A stretch of 64,000 nucleotides of DNA from Mobula hypostoma (lineage: Eukaryota). This document shows, one piece after another, positions 52,548 through 62,964 of the stretch. The notes under the pieces are model-generated. The model did no database searches and was not told the origin of the DNA. It saw only the letters and a list, made by a program, of their open reading frames with translations. The stretch is from positions 4,464,001-4,528,000 of the forward strand of contig NC_086108.1 in NCBI RefSeq assembly GCF_963921235.1. The letters run 5' to 3'. Position numbers and translations under genes: made by a program. Positions within the stretch are counted from its first letter, which is position 1; the number at the start of each line of letters is the position of its first letter.

Positions 52548-53187
52548 ATGGATCAGCCATGATGAAATGGCGGATAAGACTCAATGGACTGAATGGCGTA
52601 ATTCTGCTCCTATATCCTATGATTTTATGGTGTAATACATTTTATAGGAACCTCCCTCCCCTCTGTGGACTCTATCTCTCTGTAATGCCCATCACAAAAA
52701 CCAGCCTCCCTTCTCTGGACTCTAACTACACTTCTCTCTACTTCAGTAAAGCAGCCAGCAAAAGCAAACACCTCACGTACCACAGACGTTCTCTGTCCTC
52801 CCCTCTTACATCGGATGGAAGATACAAAAGCCTGAAAGGATGTACCAGCTGGCTCCAGGACTGCTGTTATCAGACCTCTTACACAATGATGTTGACTCCT
52901 GACCTCACACTGTATCGATTACCTGCACTGCTCTCGCTCTGTAGCCGTACACTTTATTCTGCATTGTTATTGCTTTACCTTGTTCTACCTCAATGCACTG
53001 TGTGATGATCTGATCTGTGTGAACAACTTTTCACTGTAGCACCATACATGTGATGTCAGTCAACCAATTCTAATTTACAGCAATCCGGAAAGTGAAGCAG
53101 GGTCTTGGCCCAAAACATCAACTGTTTATTCATTTCCATAGGTGCTGCCTGGCCTGCTGAATCTCTCCATCATTTTGCGTGTGTTCT

Positions 53188-53593
53188 TCTTACTGTCTGT
53201 TACGCGGCTGGTGTTTAGGGCAGCAGTGAATGTCCTCCATCTCTGGCAGAGTTCAGGGCTTCCTTCATCGTGTCAATAGTTTCCTCTTGGTTTTCACTGC
53301 TGTCAGTCACGTAAGTCCCGGGTGGAGACTCAGATCTGGAAGGATTCTTCATTGCTGTTTCCATAATAGTTCTGTCTGACCAGTCAGGGTTGTTAGCCCT
53401 GAGCTGAACCCTCAAACCTGGAGGACTGGGGGAACCACTCTTTGTCTGCCCGCTACCCTTTGACCTGTTTGACGTGGGCGACCCTACCAAGAGCCAAAGC
53501 ATAAATGCCGGACTCCAGCCAACACAGCTCTCCAGATCATTGAGGCACGCGAGCCTCCGAACCCAAAGACAAGGTTGTGGTCCCCTTGGAGGA
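53188..53593 (-). mobile_element. Bipartite RTE-derived short retroposon
   Basis: Colinear with 28170-28577; TDSSENQEETIDTMKEALN. Confidence 0.78.
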
Positions 53594-54811
53594 CTTTGTT
53601 TTGTGTGTACTCATCCGCTTTGGGCAACAAGGCAGCCCGACTACAGCGCCAGCGACCCGGCTTCAGTTCTCACTGCTGTCCGTACGTCCCCCCGTGACTG
53701 CGGGGGTTTCCCCCCACGGTCCAAAGACGTACCAGTTAGAATGTTAATTGGTCACTTGGGTGTAACTGGGCGACGTGGGCTGTGGGCCAGATGGTCCTGT
53801 TACCGTGCTGTGTCTCTAAACACTTCACCTAAATAAATGTGACCAGGATTCTAGCAATTCTACTGTACAGAGAGGCAGGTTACCTAGAAACCCAAGTGAA
53901 TCAGGTCCTGTTTAAACACGTTCCCTGAGTTCCATCCCCCCCAACAGTCTTGGGGGAGAAAGCCAACACTCCATGCTAATTGCATCTTTTCTGTCCCCGG
54001 CTCTCATTGTTGAGCCCTTTGTCGAAGATATGTGTCTGCCCGAAGGGTCTTGGAGAGATACAGCCCAGGGACAGGGCGTTCGGCCCATAGTGGATGCTGA
54101 CCATCAACCATCTCACGCTGTTAGGTTTCCCATCAAATCCACCCCCCCCCGCCCCACAACCCCGGCACAGATTCCATAGATGTACTCACTCAGTGATTCA
54201 CCTCTTCCCCTCTGCCTTCCGATTTCTGAATGGACATTGAACCCATGAACACTAACTCACTATTTATTTCTGTTTTTTGTACTACAGTACCTATTTAATT
54301 TAACTTTATATATATATATATATTTACTATAACTCACAGTTTTCTCTCTATTATCGTGTACTGCAATGCACTGCTGCCGCAAAGACAACAAGTTTCACGA
54401 CCTATACTGGTGATGATAAACTTGGTTCTGATCCACAATGGGGATGATATAAGATGGCCAATCTCGCACGTGTTTGGGTTGCAGGAGGGAGCTGGAGTAA
54501 CTGCGAGGGAGCCCGCGCAGCCACAGGGAGAAGGCGTAAACTCTACCCTGGCGCGTGTGAGTGTGTGATCAGAGCCCTCAATGGGGTTGCCGGAGGGGCG
54601 GGGGGGGGGGGGGGCCGTTGGTCTGCCTTGGGATTTGCAGAATCGTAAGTGTCTGAGTCGCTTCTGAGCCAATTAGGAATCCTGATGAAGGGTCTCAACT
54701 GTTTATTCCTCTGCAAACACGAGGAAGTCTGCTGAGGCTGGAACTTCAAGCAACACACACAGAAATTGCTGGTGAACGCAGCAGGCCAGGCAGCATCCAT
54801 AGGAAGAGGTA

Positions 54812-54848
54812 CAGTCGACGTTTCGGGCCGAGACCCTTTGTCAGGACT
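54812..54848 (-). ncRNA. Minimal hammerhead motif in a young Penelope-like terminus (54716-54860), G8>A
   Basis: Minus strand AGTC-CTGACAA-AGGGTCTCGGCCC-GAAA-CG-TC-GACTG. Stem I AGTC/GACT, stem II GGG/CCC, palindromic ACGT at helix III. Confidence 0.6.
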
Positions 54849-55114
54849 AACTGAAAGAAGAGATAGTTAACCTCTTCACCAGCATTTTTTGTGTGTTATT
54901 TATATCCTCTGGCCTGGCCTGCTGAGTTCCTCCAGCATTGTGTGTGTGTGTGTGTTGCTCTGGATTTCCAGCATCCACAGAATCTCTCATGCTATGTCAA
55001 TTCCCAATATTGTGCTGTATCTCCTAAATAAAACAAAGCACACATACTGCCGGAGGAGCTCAGAAGAGAGGGTGCCTCTGTGGAGGCAGAGAGTTTAGTT
55101 GACGTTTTAGATCA

Positions 55115-55485
55115 TAGTTACTGCCTGTTACACCCTGGTGCTTTAGGGCAGCAATGAAGTCTGTCTGTCCTTGGCCATCTTCACTACTGCACCCCAGGTG
55201 TGGGTCAGGGTCTTCATTTTTGCCTTTATGGTACGGCACCAAGTTGCCTTTGGTCTCCCACGTTTCCTCCTTCCTTCGGGGTTCCAGTGAAGAGCTGATG
55301 GAATTGCCCTCTCTTCTCATCATGTGCCCAATCCATCTCCAGCATTTCCTCATGATTATGGTGGCCATGTCGTCTTGGTGACACTGAAGGAGTCGGGCCA
55401 TGCTGGAGATCTTCCTTGGCCAGAAAACATGGAAGACCTCCTGGAGGCTCATGGTGCGGAATGGCGATGTTTTGGAACGACTCTG
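55115..55485 (-). mobile_element. RTE-clade LINE 3' fragment
   Basis: FWPRKISS...IIMRKCWRWIGHMMRRE...FIAALKHQGVTGS. Confidence 0.85.
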
Positions 55486-56134
55486 CTTTAGTTGTGGAAT
55501 GTCCACAGTCCCTTTGGGTCCACAGATACTGCTCAGCAGGCTGAGCCCCTTCAACAGTTCGTTTTGTTGCTCCAGGTTCTAGCATCTGCAGCGTTCTGTG
55601 TCTCTGAATTTTTTTTCCAGTGTGGGTTCAAAGTTTCAAAGTGCATCTTGATTTCAGTGTATATATACAGTGTACAACCTGAAATTTGTCCTCTTCGCAG
55701 ACATCCACGAAACAGAAAAAACATAAAATGAATGACAGAAACATCGAAGCCCCAAAGACCCCTCCCTTCACACAAGCATCAGGAAAAGCACCGACCCCCT
55801 CCATCCCCCACCATGCCAGTGGAAGCACCGACCCCCCCCATCCCCCCTCACCATTCAATCAGCGGCAGAAGCACCTAAGAGCCCCTGAACCAGAGTCCAT
55901 CGAACTACAGTCCACAAACCCGCACTTAGGTATCTCAGACAGGCTCTCTCTCCATTGAGGGAGAGAGCGTTCACTCTCCTGCAGCAATGAGAGTGGGGAA
56001 GAGCAACTCGCTGTTCCAGTGTTACAATCTCCCACGTCACTTTTTCAAGCTCCCCGACTCAGGGACCGACAGGTTCACACCCTCCATCGTGTATCATTCA
56101 TTCTTTGGGGTTTCTCTTCTGTTTCGTGGATATC

Positions 56135-56525
56135 TGTGACGAGTAAGAATTTCAGGTTGTATACTGTATATAGTCTCTGATATTAAATTGTCTGTGAGGA
56201 GTAAGAATTTCAGGTTGTATACTGTATACAGTCTCTGATATTAAATTGTGAGGAGTAAGAATTTCAGGTTGTATACTGTATACAGTCTCTGATATTAAAT
56301 TGTCTGTGAAGAGTAAGAATTTCAGGTTGTATACTGTATACAGTCTCTGATATTAAATTGTCTGTGAGGAGTAAGAATTTCAGGTTGTATACTGTATACA
56401 GTCTCTGATATTAAATTGTCTGTGAGGAGTAAGAATTTCAGGTTGTATACTGTATGCAGTCTCTGATATTAAATTGTCTGTGAGGAGTAAGAATTTCAGG
56501 TTGTATACTGCATACAGTCTCTGAC
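56135..56525. repeat. 58-bp tandem array (~7 units) at the end of a dispersed repeat
   Basis: Unit TGTGAGGAGTAAGAATTTCAGGTTGTATACTGTATACAGTCTCTGATATTAAATTGTC; reverse complement of the sequence at 57560-57620. Confidence 0.95.
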
Positions 56526-56869
56526 ATCAGGTGGAACCTTTGAATCATTGGACTGGGCTGCTTCCCAACTTCCAACCTCCCAGCCCCGAGGGCAAACACC
56601 TTTCAGGCCCTGGGTCATTGTGTCAGTACTCCTAGTTCTTTGGATTTGTGTTCACTTGCTTTAGCCTTCTGCTGACTCAGCAGTGGGATCATGATTGCGC
56701 TGCTGTTTGTGGGATCTTGCTGTGTACCAATGGAATGCCTCACTTCCAATGTTGTGGCCCTGGTCACCTTTCACCGACGTAGGCATGGACATGGGCATCT
56801 TCAACCCAACTCATCATGCTGCCCAATGTATCTCTCCAAGCTAGTCCAACTTGCCCGTATTTGGCTCGT

Positions 56870-57440
56870 AAAGTTCAAAGTAAAGTATATTATCGAAGTA
56901 CATATACAACCCTGAGATTAACTTTCTTTCAGACATACTCAATAAATCTATAGAATAATAACCATAACAGAATGAATGAAACACCGCACCAACTTGAGCG
57001 TGCAGAAGACAACTATGCAAACACAAAAAAAAAACTAAGTAAGCAATAAGTATTGAGAACATGAGATGAAGAGTCCCTGAAAGTGAGCCTATAGGTTGTG
57101 GGAACATTTCAATGATGGTGCAAGTGAAGTTGAGTGAAGTTATCCCCTGTGGTTCAAGAACCTGATGGCTGAGGGGTAATAACTGTTCCTGAATCTGGTG
57201 GGTCCTGAAGCTCCTGTGCCTTCTTCCTGTTGGCAGAAAAGAGAAGACAACATGTCCTGGGTGATTGGGAGGGTCGGGGGAGAGGGGGTTTCCCTGATGA
57301 TGATGCTGCTGCTTTTCTGTGACAAAGTTTAATGTAAATGACCCGTGATGAACTGGGCCATATCCACTGTTTTATCGAGTCCTTGAAAGTGAGTCCATTG
57401 GTTGTGTGAAGAGTTCAGTGATGGGGCAAGTGAAGTTATA
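56870..57440 (-). mobile_element. DUF1891-type LINE 3' end without the 95-bp expansion
   Basis: Single TRFRNSYYPSAIRFLNHRG. Confidence 0.8.
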
Positions 57441-57556
57441 TCCCTCTGAAACAGGGGTTGTCCACCCTTGTTATGGCATGGACCCCTACCATCCTACCAT
57501 TAACTGAGGGGTCTGTGGACTCCAGCGTGGGAACCCCTGCGCTAAGCCTTTCAAAC

Positions 57557-57880
57557 GGTTCAATTTAATATTGGAGAATCGTTACAGTATACAACCTGAA
57601 ATTCTTACTCTTCACAGACATCCACGAAGCAAGAAACCCCATAGAATGAATGATAGAAACATCAGAACCATAAAGCCGCCCCTCTCCCTCCCACGCAAAA
57701 GCAGCAGCAGAATCGTTGACCCTCCCCTCCCCCTCCCCCCTCCCCACTTGTGCCAGCAGAAGCACCGACCCCCCCCCCACATGCGAACAGTAGCAAAGCC
57801 CCCAAAGAGGCCTTGATCTAGAGTCCATCAAAAGCTACAGTCCCGAACACAGTGCTTTGGTATCTCAGACAGGCTCTCTC
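57557..57880. mobile_element. Dispersed repeat, unexpanded relative of the satellite host; another copy at ~55628-55990
   Basis: Shares TACAACCTGAAATTCTTACTCTT..GACATCCAC and CCCACTTGTGCCAGCAGA with the satellite flanks. Confidence 0.75.
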
Positions 57881-58129
57881 TGAATGAACTGTTCCTGTTC
57901 AATACTATGTTTATCTGTGTAATGGATTAAGCTGCTGTTTCTCAGCTTCAGTGATCCGTGTTCCATCCTGACCCACGTGGGGTTTGCACGTTCTCCCCTG
58001 TGACCCTCCAGAGTGTGCAAGCAAGGGTTAGAATTTGGGGTCCTGAGAGGGAATTGGTCTGTGGGCTAGCACGAATTTGATGGGCCAGAATGACCTCATT
58101 TTGGGTCCTAAGGAAAGGTCAAATATCGA

Positions 58130-59100
58130 AGGTAGAAAAGGCAGAGAATAATATCGGTACTATTGTCTTTGGGCCTGGCGAAGCGATGCGTGGAAGCCGA
58201 CCTAATCTCAGACCCTGACTCATTCTGCCGTTTGAAGATTAGGCCTCAACATTAAGCGAAATGTATTGGGCCAGTGCTGGATGTGAAAATCAATAATGCC
58301 AGAGCCTGCATTATATTCATCGCCCTCATCTATTTAAAAAGAGGCTGAAAAAAAGAAATTGGATTGCTTTGTTGCCCTGGTTATTTGGTTGGCATGGCGA
58401 CCGCTCATCTCGATTCCAGGAGAAAAATATCAGAGAAGGCCCTAGGCTTAATATTTGTTAGTCTGTGATAGTTTCAATTAAGGGGAGGCCTGTTTAATGG
58501 CTTCCTGTCAAAGCACCTCATTGGAGGGAGAGAGGGAGGATGAATATAAACCAGGCGAGCAACATTATTAAGAAAAACGTTCGCATAAATCCGAAATAAA
58601 TACTATTCCTTCAGTGTATAGGTGGGAGGGGGTCCCGGCGAGAGGTGTGTGGGTGATCGTGCACCTTTGCTAATTCCTGGGGTTTTATTTTAGAGGAGAG
58701 GTGGCGCCTAATGTGTGATTTTTTTAAAAAACCTTTTTTTTCCCTGAGACGAAGTGAATGTGAAGATTTGGTAGAGAATGCAAATGACACGGTACAGAAA
58801 AAAATCTCAGAGAGGCAGTTTATAAATTCGGCGGCAGGCTCTGTACAAGGAAACTGTCCTTCTGTAACGAAACTCAACCCCTTCCCCCCACATTCTAGAG
58901 CTCTGCGTTTGTACCTTCCGACAGGCAGTGATCGAAGGTCTTGGTTCTCCTCACCGAATACTTCCAGATGCTTCTCATTTTAAAAAACAAAATCAGAGCT
59001 CCTTTATTCATTATTTTTCTCCATTGATCAACCCTAAATTTATTCATTTCCCCTGAGGCCCGATGCCGAAGGACGTGTCTTTTATCCTTCCCGTCTGGTG
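58130..59100. promoter_or_regulatory. TE-free intronic segment, candidate enhancer or conserved non-coding element
   Basis: No recognisable repeat for ~1 kb. Tandem RFX X-box-like motifs at 58371-58384 and 58388-58401; homeodomain and TALE-type motifs. Confidence 0.4.
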
Positions 59101-59829
59101 GGGCTCAGAGAGGTGGTTCTTGAATGCGTGAGGGCATCGGAGGGATGGGAGAAGGCAGGAGAGTGGGGTTGAGAGGAAAATAAATCAGCCTTAATCGAAT
59201 GGCAGGGCCGATAACCCTATCTCTTACCGTCTTATGGTCTCTGCCATGAAGAGAATCAGAGTTAGAATCAGGTTTAATATCACCGGCATATGCCTTGAAA
59301 TTTGTTAAATTTGCAAAAGTAGTCAGCTCCATCATGGGCACTAGCCTCCATAGTATCCAGGACATCTTCAAGGAGTGATGCCTCAGAAAGGTGGCATCCA
59401 TCATTAAGGACCCTCATCATTGAGGACATACCCCCTTCTCATTGCTACCATCAGGGAGGAGGTACAGGAGCCTGAAGACACACACTCAACGATTCAGGAA
59501 CAGCTTCTTCTCCTCTGCCATCTGATTTTTGAATGGACATTGAACCCATGAACATCACCTCACTACTTTTTTATTTCCTTTTTTTTGCTCTATTTATTTT
59601 ACTATTTAACGGGCTCTTCTGCCCTTCAATTACATTCTGACCACCATTCACCCATTGACACAAATTCTATGATGATCCCATTTTTCAATCTCACTGCATT
59701 CCCAACAACATACACCCCTTCCATCTCCACCCTCACCCATGCAGTTGGGCTAACTTACAGTGGCCAATTAACCCAGCAACCAACACGTCATTGGGACCTG
59801 GAAAGATACTTAACAAATATTGAAAGATC

Positions 59830-60355
59830 TTCTTGGAGGGGGTGTGGAGAAGATGTTTCCTATGGTGAGGGAGTCTAGGACCAGAGGACACAGATAGAGT
59901 GGATGTGGAGAGGATGTTTCCAATGGTGAGGAAGTCTAGGATCAGAGGGCACAGATAGAGTGGATGTGGAGAGGATGTTTCCTATGGTGAGGGAATCTAG
60001 GATCAGGGGGCACAGATAGAGCGGATGTGGAGGGGATGTTTCCTATGGTGAGGGAGTCTAGGATCAGAGGGCACAGCCTCAGAATTGAGGGATGTCCATT
60101 TAGAAGAGCGATAAGGAGGAACTTCTCTGGTTAGAGAGTGGTGAATATGTGGAATTTGTTGCCACAGACGGCTGTAGTGGCCAAGATATCGGGCATACTT
60201 AAAGAAGAGTTTGATAAGTTCTTGATTAGTCAGGGTGTCAAAGGTTATGGGGAGATGGCAGGAGAATGGGGTTGAGAGGGAAAATAAATCAGACGTGATA
60301 GAATAGTGAAGCAGACTTGATGGGCCAAGTGGCCTAATTCTGCTATGTGTCTTGT
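59830..60355 (+). mobile_element. CR1 3' fragment with a 61-bp tandem amplification (~4 units, 59830-60075)
   Basis: GATAGAG(T/C)GGATGTGGAG at 59893, 59954 and 60015, then a normal CR1 3' end. Confidence 0.9.
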
Positions 60356-61749
60356 GACCTTGTGGAAACCAGCGGACTTAAGGGAAAAGTCAGATGTGTC
60401 ACAGGGAGAACGTGGAAGTACTGTGCGGACGGTGCTGGAGGGCAGGATCGAACCTGGATCCTCGGTATTGCAGGGTAGGGGCTCGAGCTTCTCTGCCACT
60501 GGGACCCAGTCAAGCCTACGTACACCTGCTCCGGTGCCTTCCGTTCATGACCCACCTGATCTCCAAGTCCTCACATCCAAAACTCCCTGTCTGGAATCCA
60601 CTTGATAGCCAAGCTGTCTGACATTCACACGCCTCCCTCTCGACTGTGCTCAGAAGGTATAAACATGAGAGCAGAAATAGGCCCGTTCAACCCATCATTC
60701 AATCATGGCAAATTTATTATCCCTCTCAAACCCATTCAAAGTTCAAAATAAATTTATTATCAAAGTAGTCTATGTCACCGTATACTGTACAACCCTGGGA
60801 TTTATTTTCTTGTGGGCATACTCAATAAATCTATAGAATAATAACCATTACACAAAATCAATGAAAGACCACCCAACTAGGGTGTTCAACCAGCGTGAAG
60901 AAGACTACAGACTGTGCAAAAACAAAATAATAATAATAAATGAATAAGCAATAAATACTGAGAACATGAGATGAAGAGTTCTTGAAAGTGAGTCCGTTGG
61001 TTGTGGCAACATTTCGGTGGTGGGGCAGTGAGAAGAGAGCATGACCTGGGTGGTGGGGGTCCCTGATGATGGATGCTGCTTTCCTGTGACAGTGTTTCAT
61101 GTAGATGTGCTCAATGGTAGGGTGGGCTTTACCCATATCCACTACTTTTTGTAGACAGGAGTCCTTCTGCTGGCTTTTCACCATGAACTTTTACACCCTT
61201 GCTAACCAAGAACCTATCAGCCTCCATTTTCAGTTATTTTTTGTTGCTGTTGGTTGATATGGGGAAGGTTGGAGTGGACTGCCCTGGACCATTCTGTTCT
61301 GGGAAGGTGCAGCAACACTTCCTCAGGTGCTGTTGGGGAAGGGGTCAGGCCCAGCAGTCATGAGGCGACAAGGCCTTTGCAAAGCGGCAAGGTGCTCACC
61401 CCACAGTGGAGCCTCAGAGGAGCTGGCAATATCTCCAAAATACTCTCTCTCCTTCTCGCAAGCACTGACAGACGTAGAAATGATATGACCAATTAAACTC
61501 AGTATCGGTTTATTGTCACTGACATATGTCATGAAATTTGTTGTTTTGTGGCAGCAGTTCAAAGCAAGACAGAAAAATTACTATAATTTACAATAAGAAA
61601 TATATTTTTAAAAATTGAGCAAAATAGTGCGGTTGTGTTCATAGGTTGATGGACCATTCAGAAATCTGCCAGAGGGGAAGAAGCTGTTGAGTGTGCGTCT
61701 TCAGGCTCCTGTACCTCCTCCCTGATGGTAATATTGAGAAGGCGGACTG

Positions 61750-62075
61750 CTTACTTTCTGTTACGCCACTGGCATTTAGGGCAGCAATGAAGGTCCTCCA
61801 TCTCTGTCACACTCAGATGTAGAAGGAATCTTCATTGCTGTTTCTGTTACAATTTTGTTTGACCTGTCAGAGTTCTTAGTCCTGAGCTGAATCTCTGAAC
61901 CTGCAGGACCAGTGAACCACTCCTAGTCTGGCCTCTACCCTTAGACCTGTTTGGTATGGGTGGCCTTAGCAAGAGCCAAAGCAATAAAGCCCTGACTCCA
62001 GCCAATATGGCTCCCCATGTCACTGAAGCACGCAAGACTCCAAACCCTACAACAAGGCTGTGGTCCTCTTGGAGG
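61750..62075 (-). mobile_element. Bipartite RTE-derived short retroposon, internally deleted
   Basis: Colinear with 28170-28577; nested in a DUF1891 LINE remnant at ~61500-62830. Confidence 0.75.
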
Positions 62076-62379
62076 GTGCCCTGGATGGTGGAGGTCCTTA
62101 AATGATGGATGCCATCTTCTAGAGCAGGGGTCCATAGACCCCTTGGCCCATGGCACAAAAATGGTTGGTAGCCCCTGTCCTAGAGGAACTGGCTGAATCT
62201 ACAACCCTCTGCAGCTTTTTCAGGTGTGGAGCCTCCGTACCTGATGATGATACAAGCAGTCAGAATGCTGTCCACCGTCAGAGTGCTGTGGAAGTCTGTC
62301 GGAACAGACCTTGTTTTGTTGTTGTTTATTATGTTCTGTGTTGTTCTGCCGAGCCAGTGGGGAAAATGCTATGCCTTTC

Positions 62380-62705
62380 CTTTGGCTCTTGGTAGGGTCA
62401 CCCATGCCAAACTGACCTGTAGAGGCCAGACTTAAGAGCGGTTCATCAGTCTTCCAGGTTTGGGGTTCAGCTCCGGACTAACAACCCTGACCGGTCAAAC
62501 AAAATTGTTACGGAAACAGCAATGAAGAATCCTTCTACATCTGAGTGTGACGGTATTCCTGAGTCTCCACCTGGGACTTGCATGACTGACAGTAGTGAAA
62601 ACCGAGAGGAAGCTACTGACAAGATGAAGGAAGCCCTGAACACCACCAGAGATGGAGGACCTTCATTGCTGCCCTAAACACCAGTGGTGTAACAGGCAGC
62701 AAGTT
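62380..62705 (+). mobile_element. Bipartite RTE-derived short retroposon, 5'-truncated
   Basis: TTTGGCTCTTGGTAGGGTCACCCATGCCAAAC...GATGGAGGACCTTCATTGCTGCCCTAAAC...GTAACAGGCAGCAAG. Confidence 0.8.
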
Positions 62706-62964
62706 TAACATATACATGATAAATATACTTGATCTTGAATCTTGCTGCAGTCCCTGGTGACATCCCAAATCTCCTCAAACTCCTAATAAAATATGGTCGC
62801 AGCTGTGCCTTCTTTGCTGTGGTGTCAATATGTTGGGACCAAACGATCTCTGCCTCACAGGTTGGCTGAGAAATAAATATTGGCGTGAGGGAGAGTTAGC
62901 TGTGAAATTGTGTTGTAGCGTCTACTGTGTGGATGGGGAGGGATGGCCTTGACCTGAGTGTATT

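Noticed and set aside
58711..58983. 90-aa ORF in the TE-free island as a DPF1 alternative exon
   Set aside because: No similarity to DPF family sequence that I recognise and no convincing splice-site pair.
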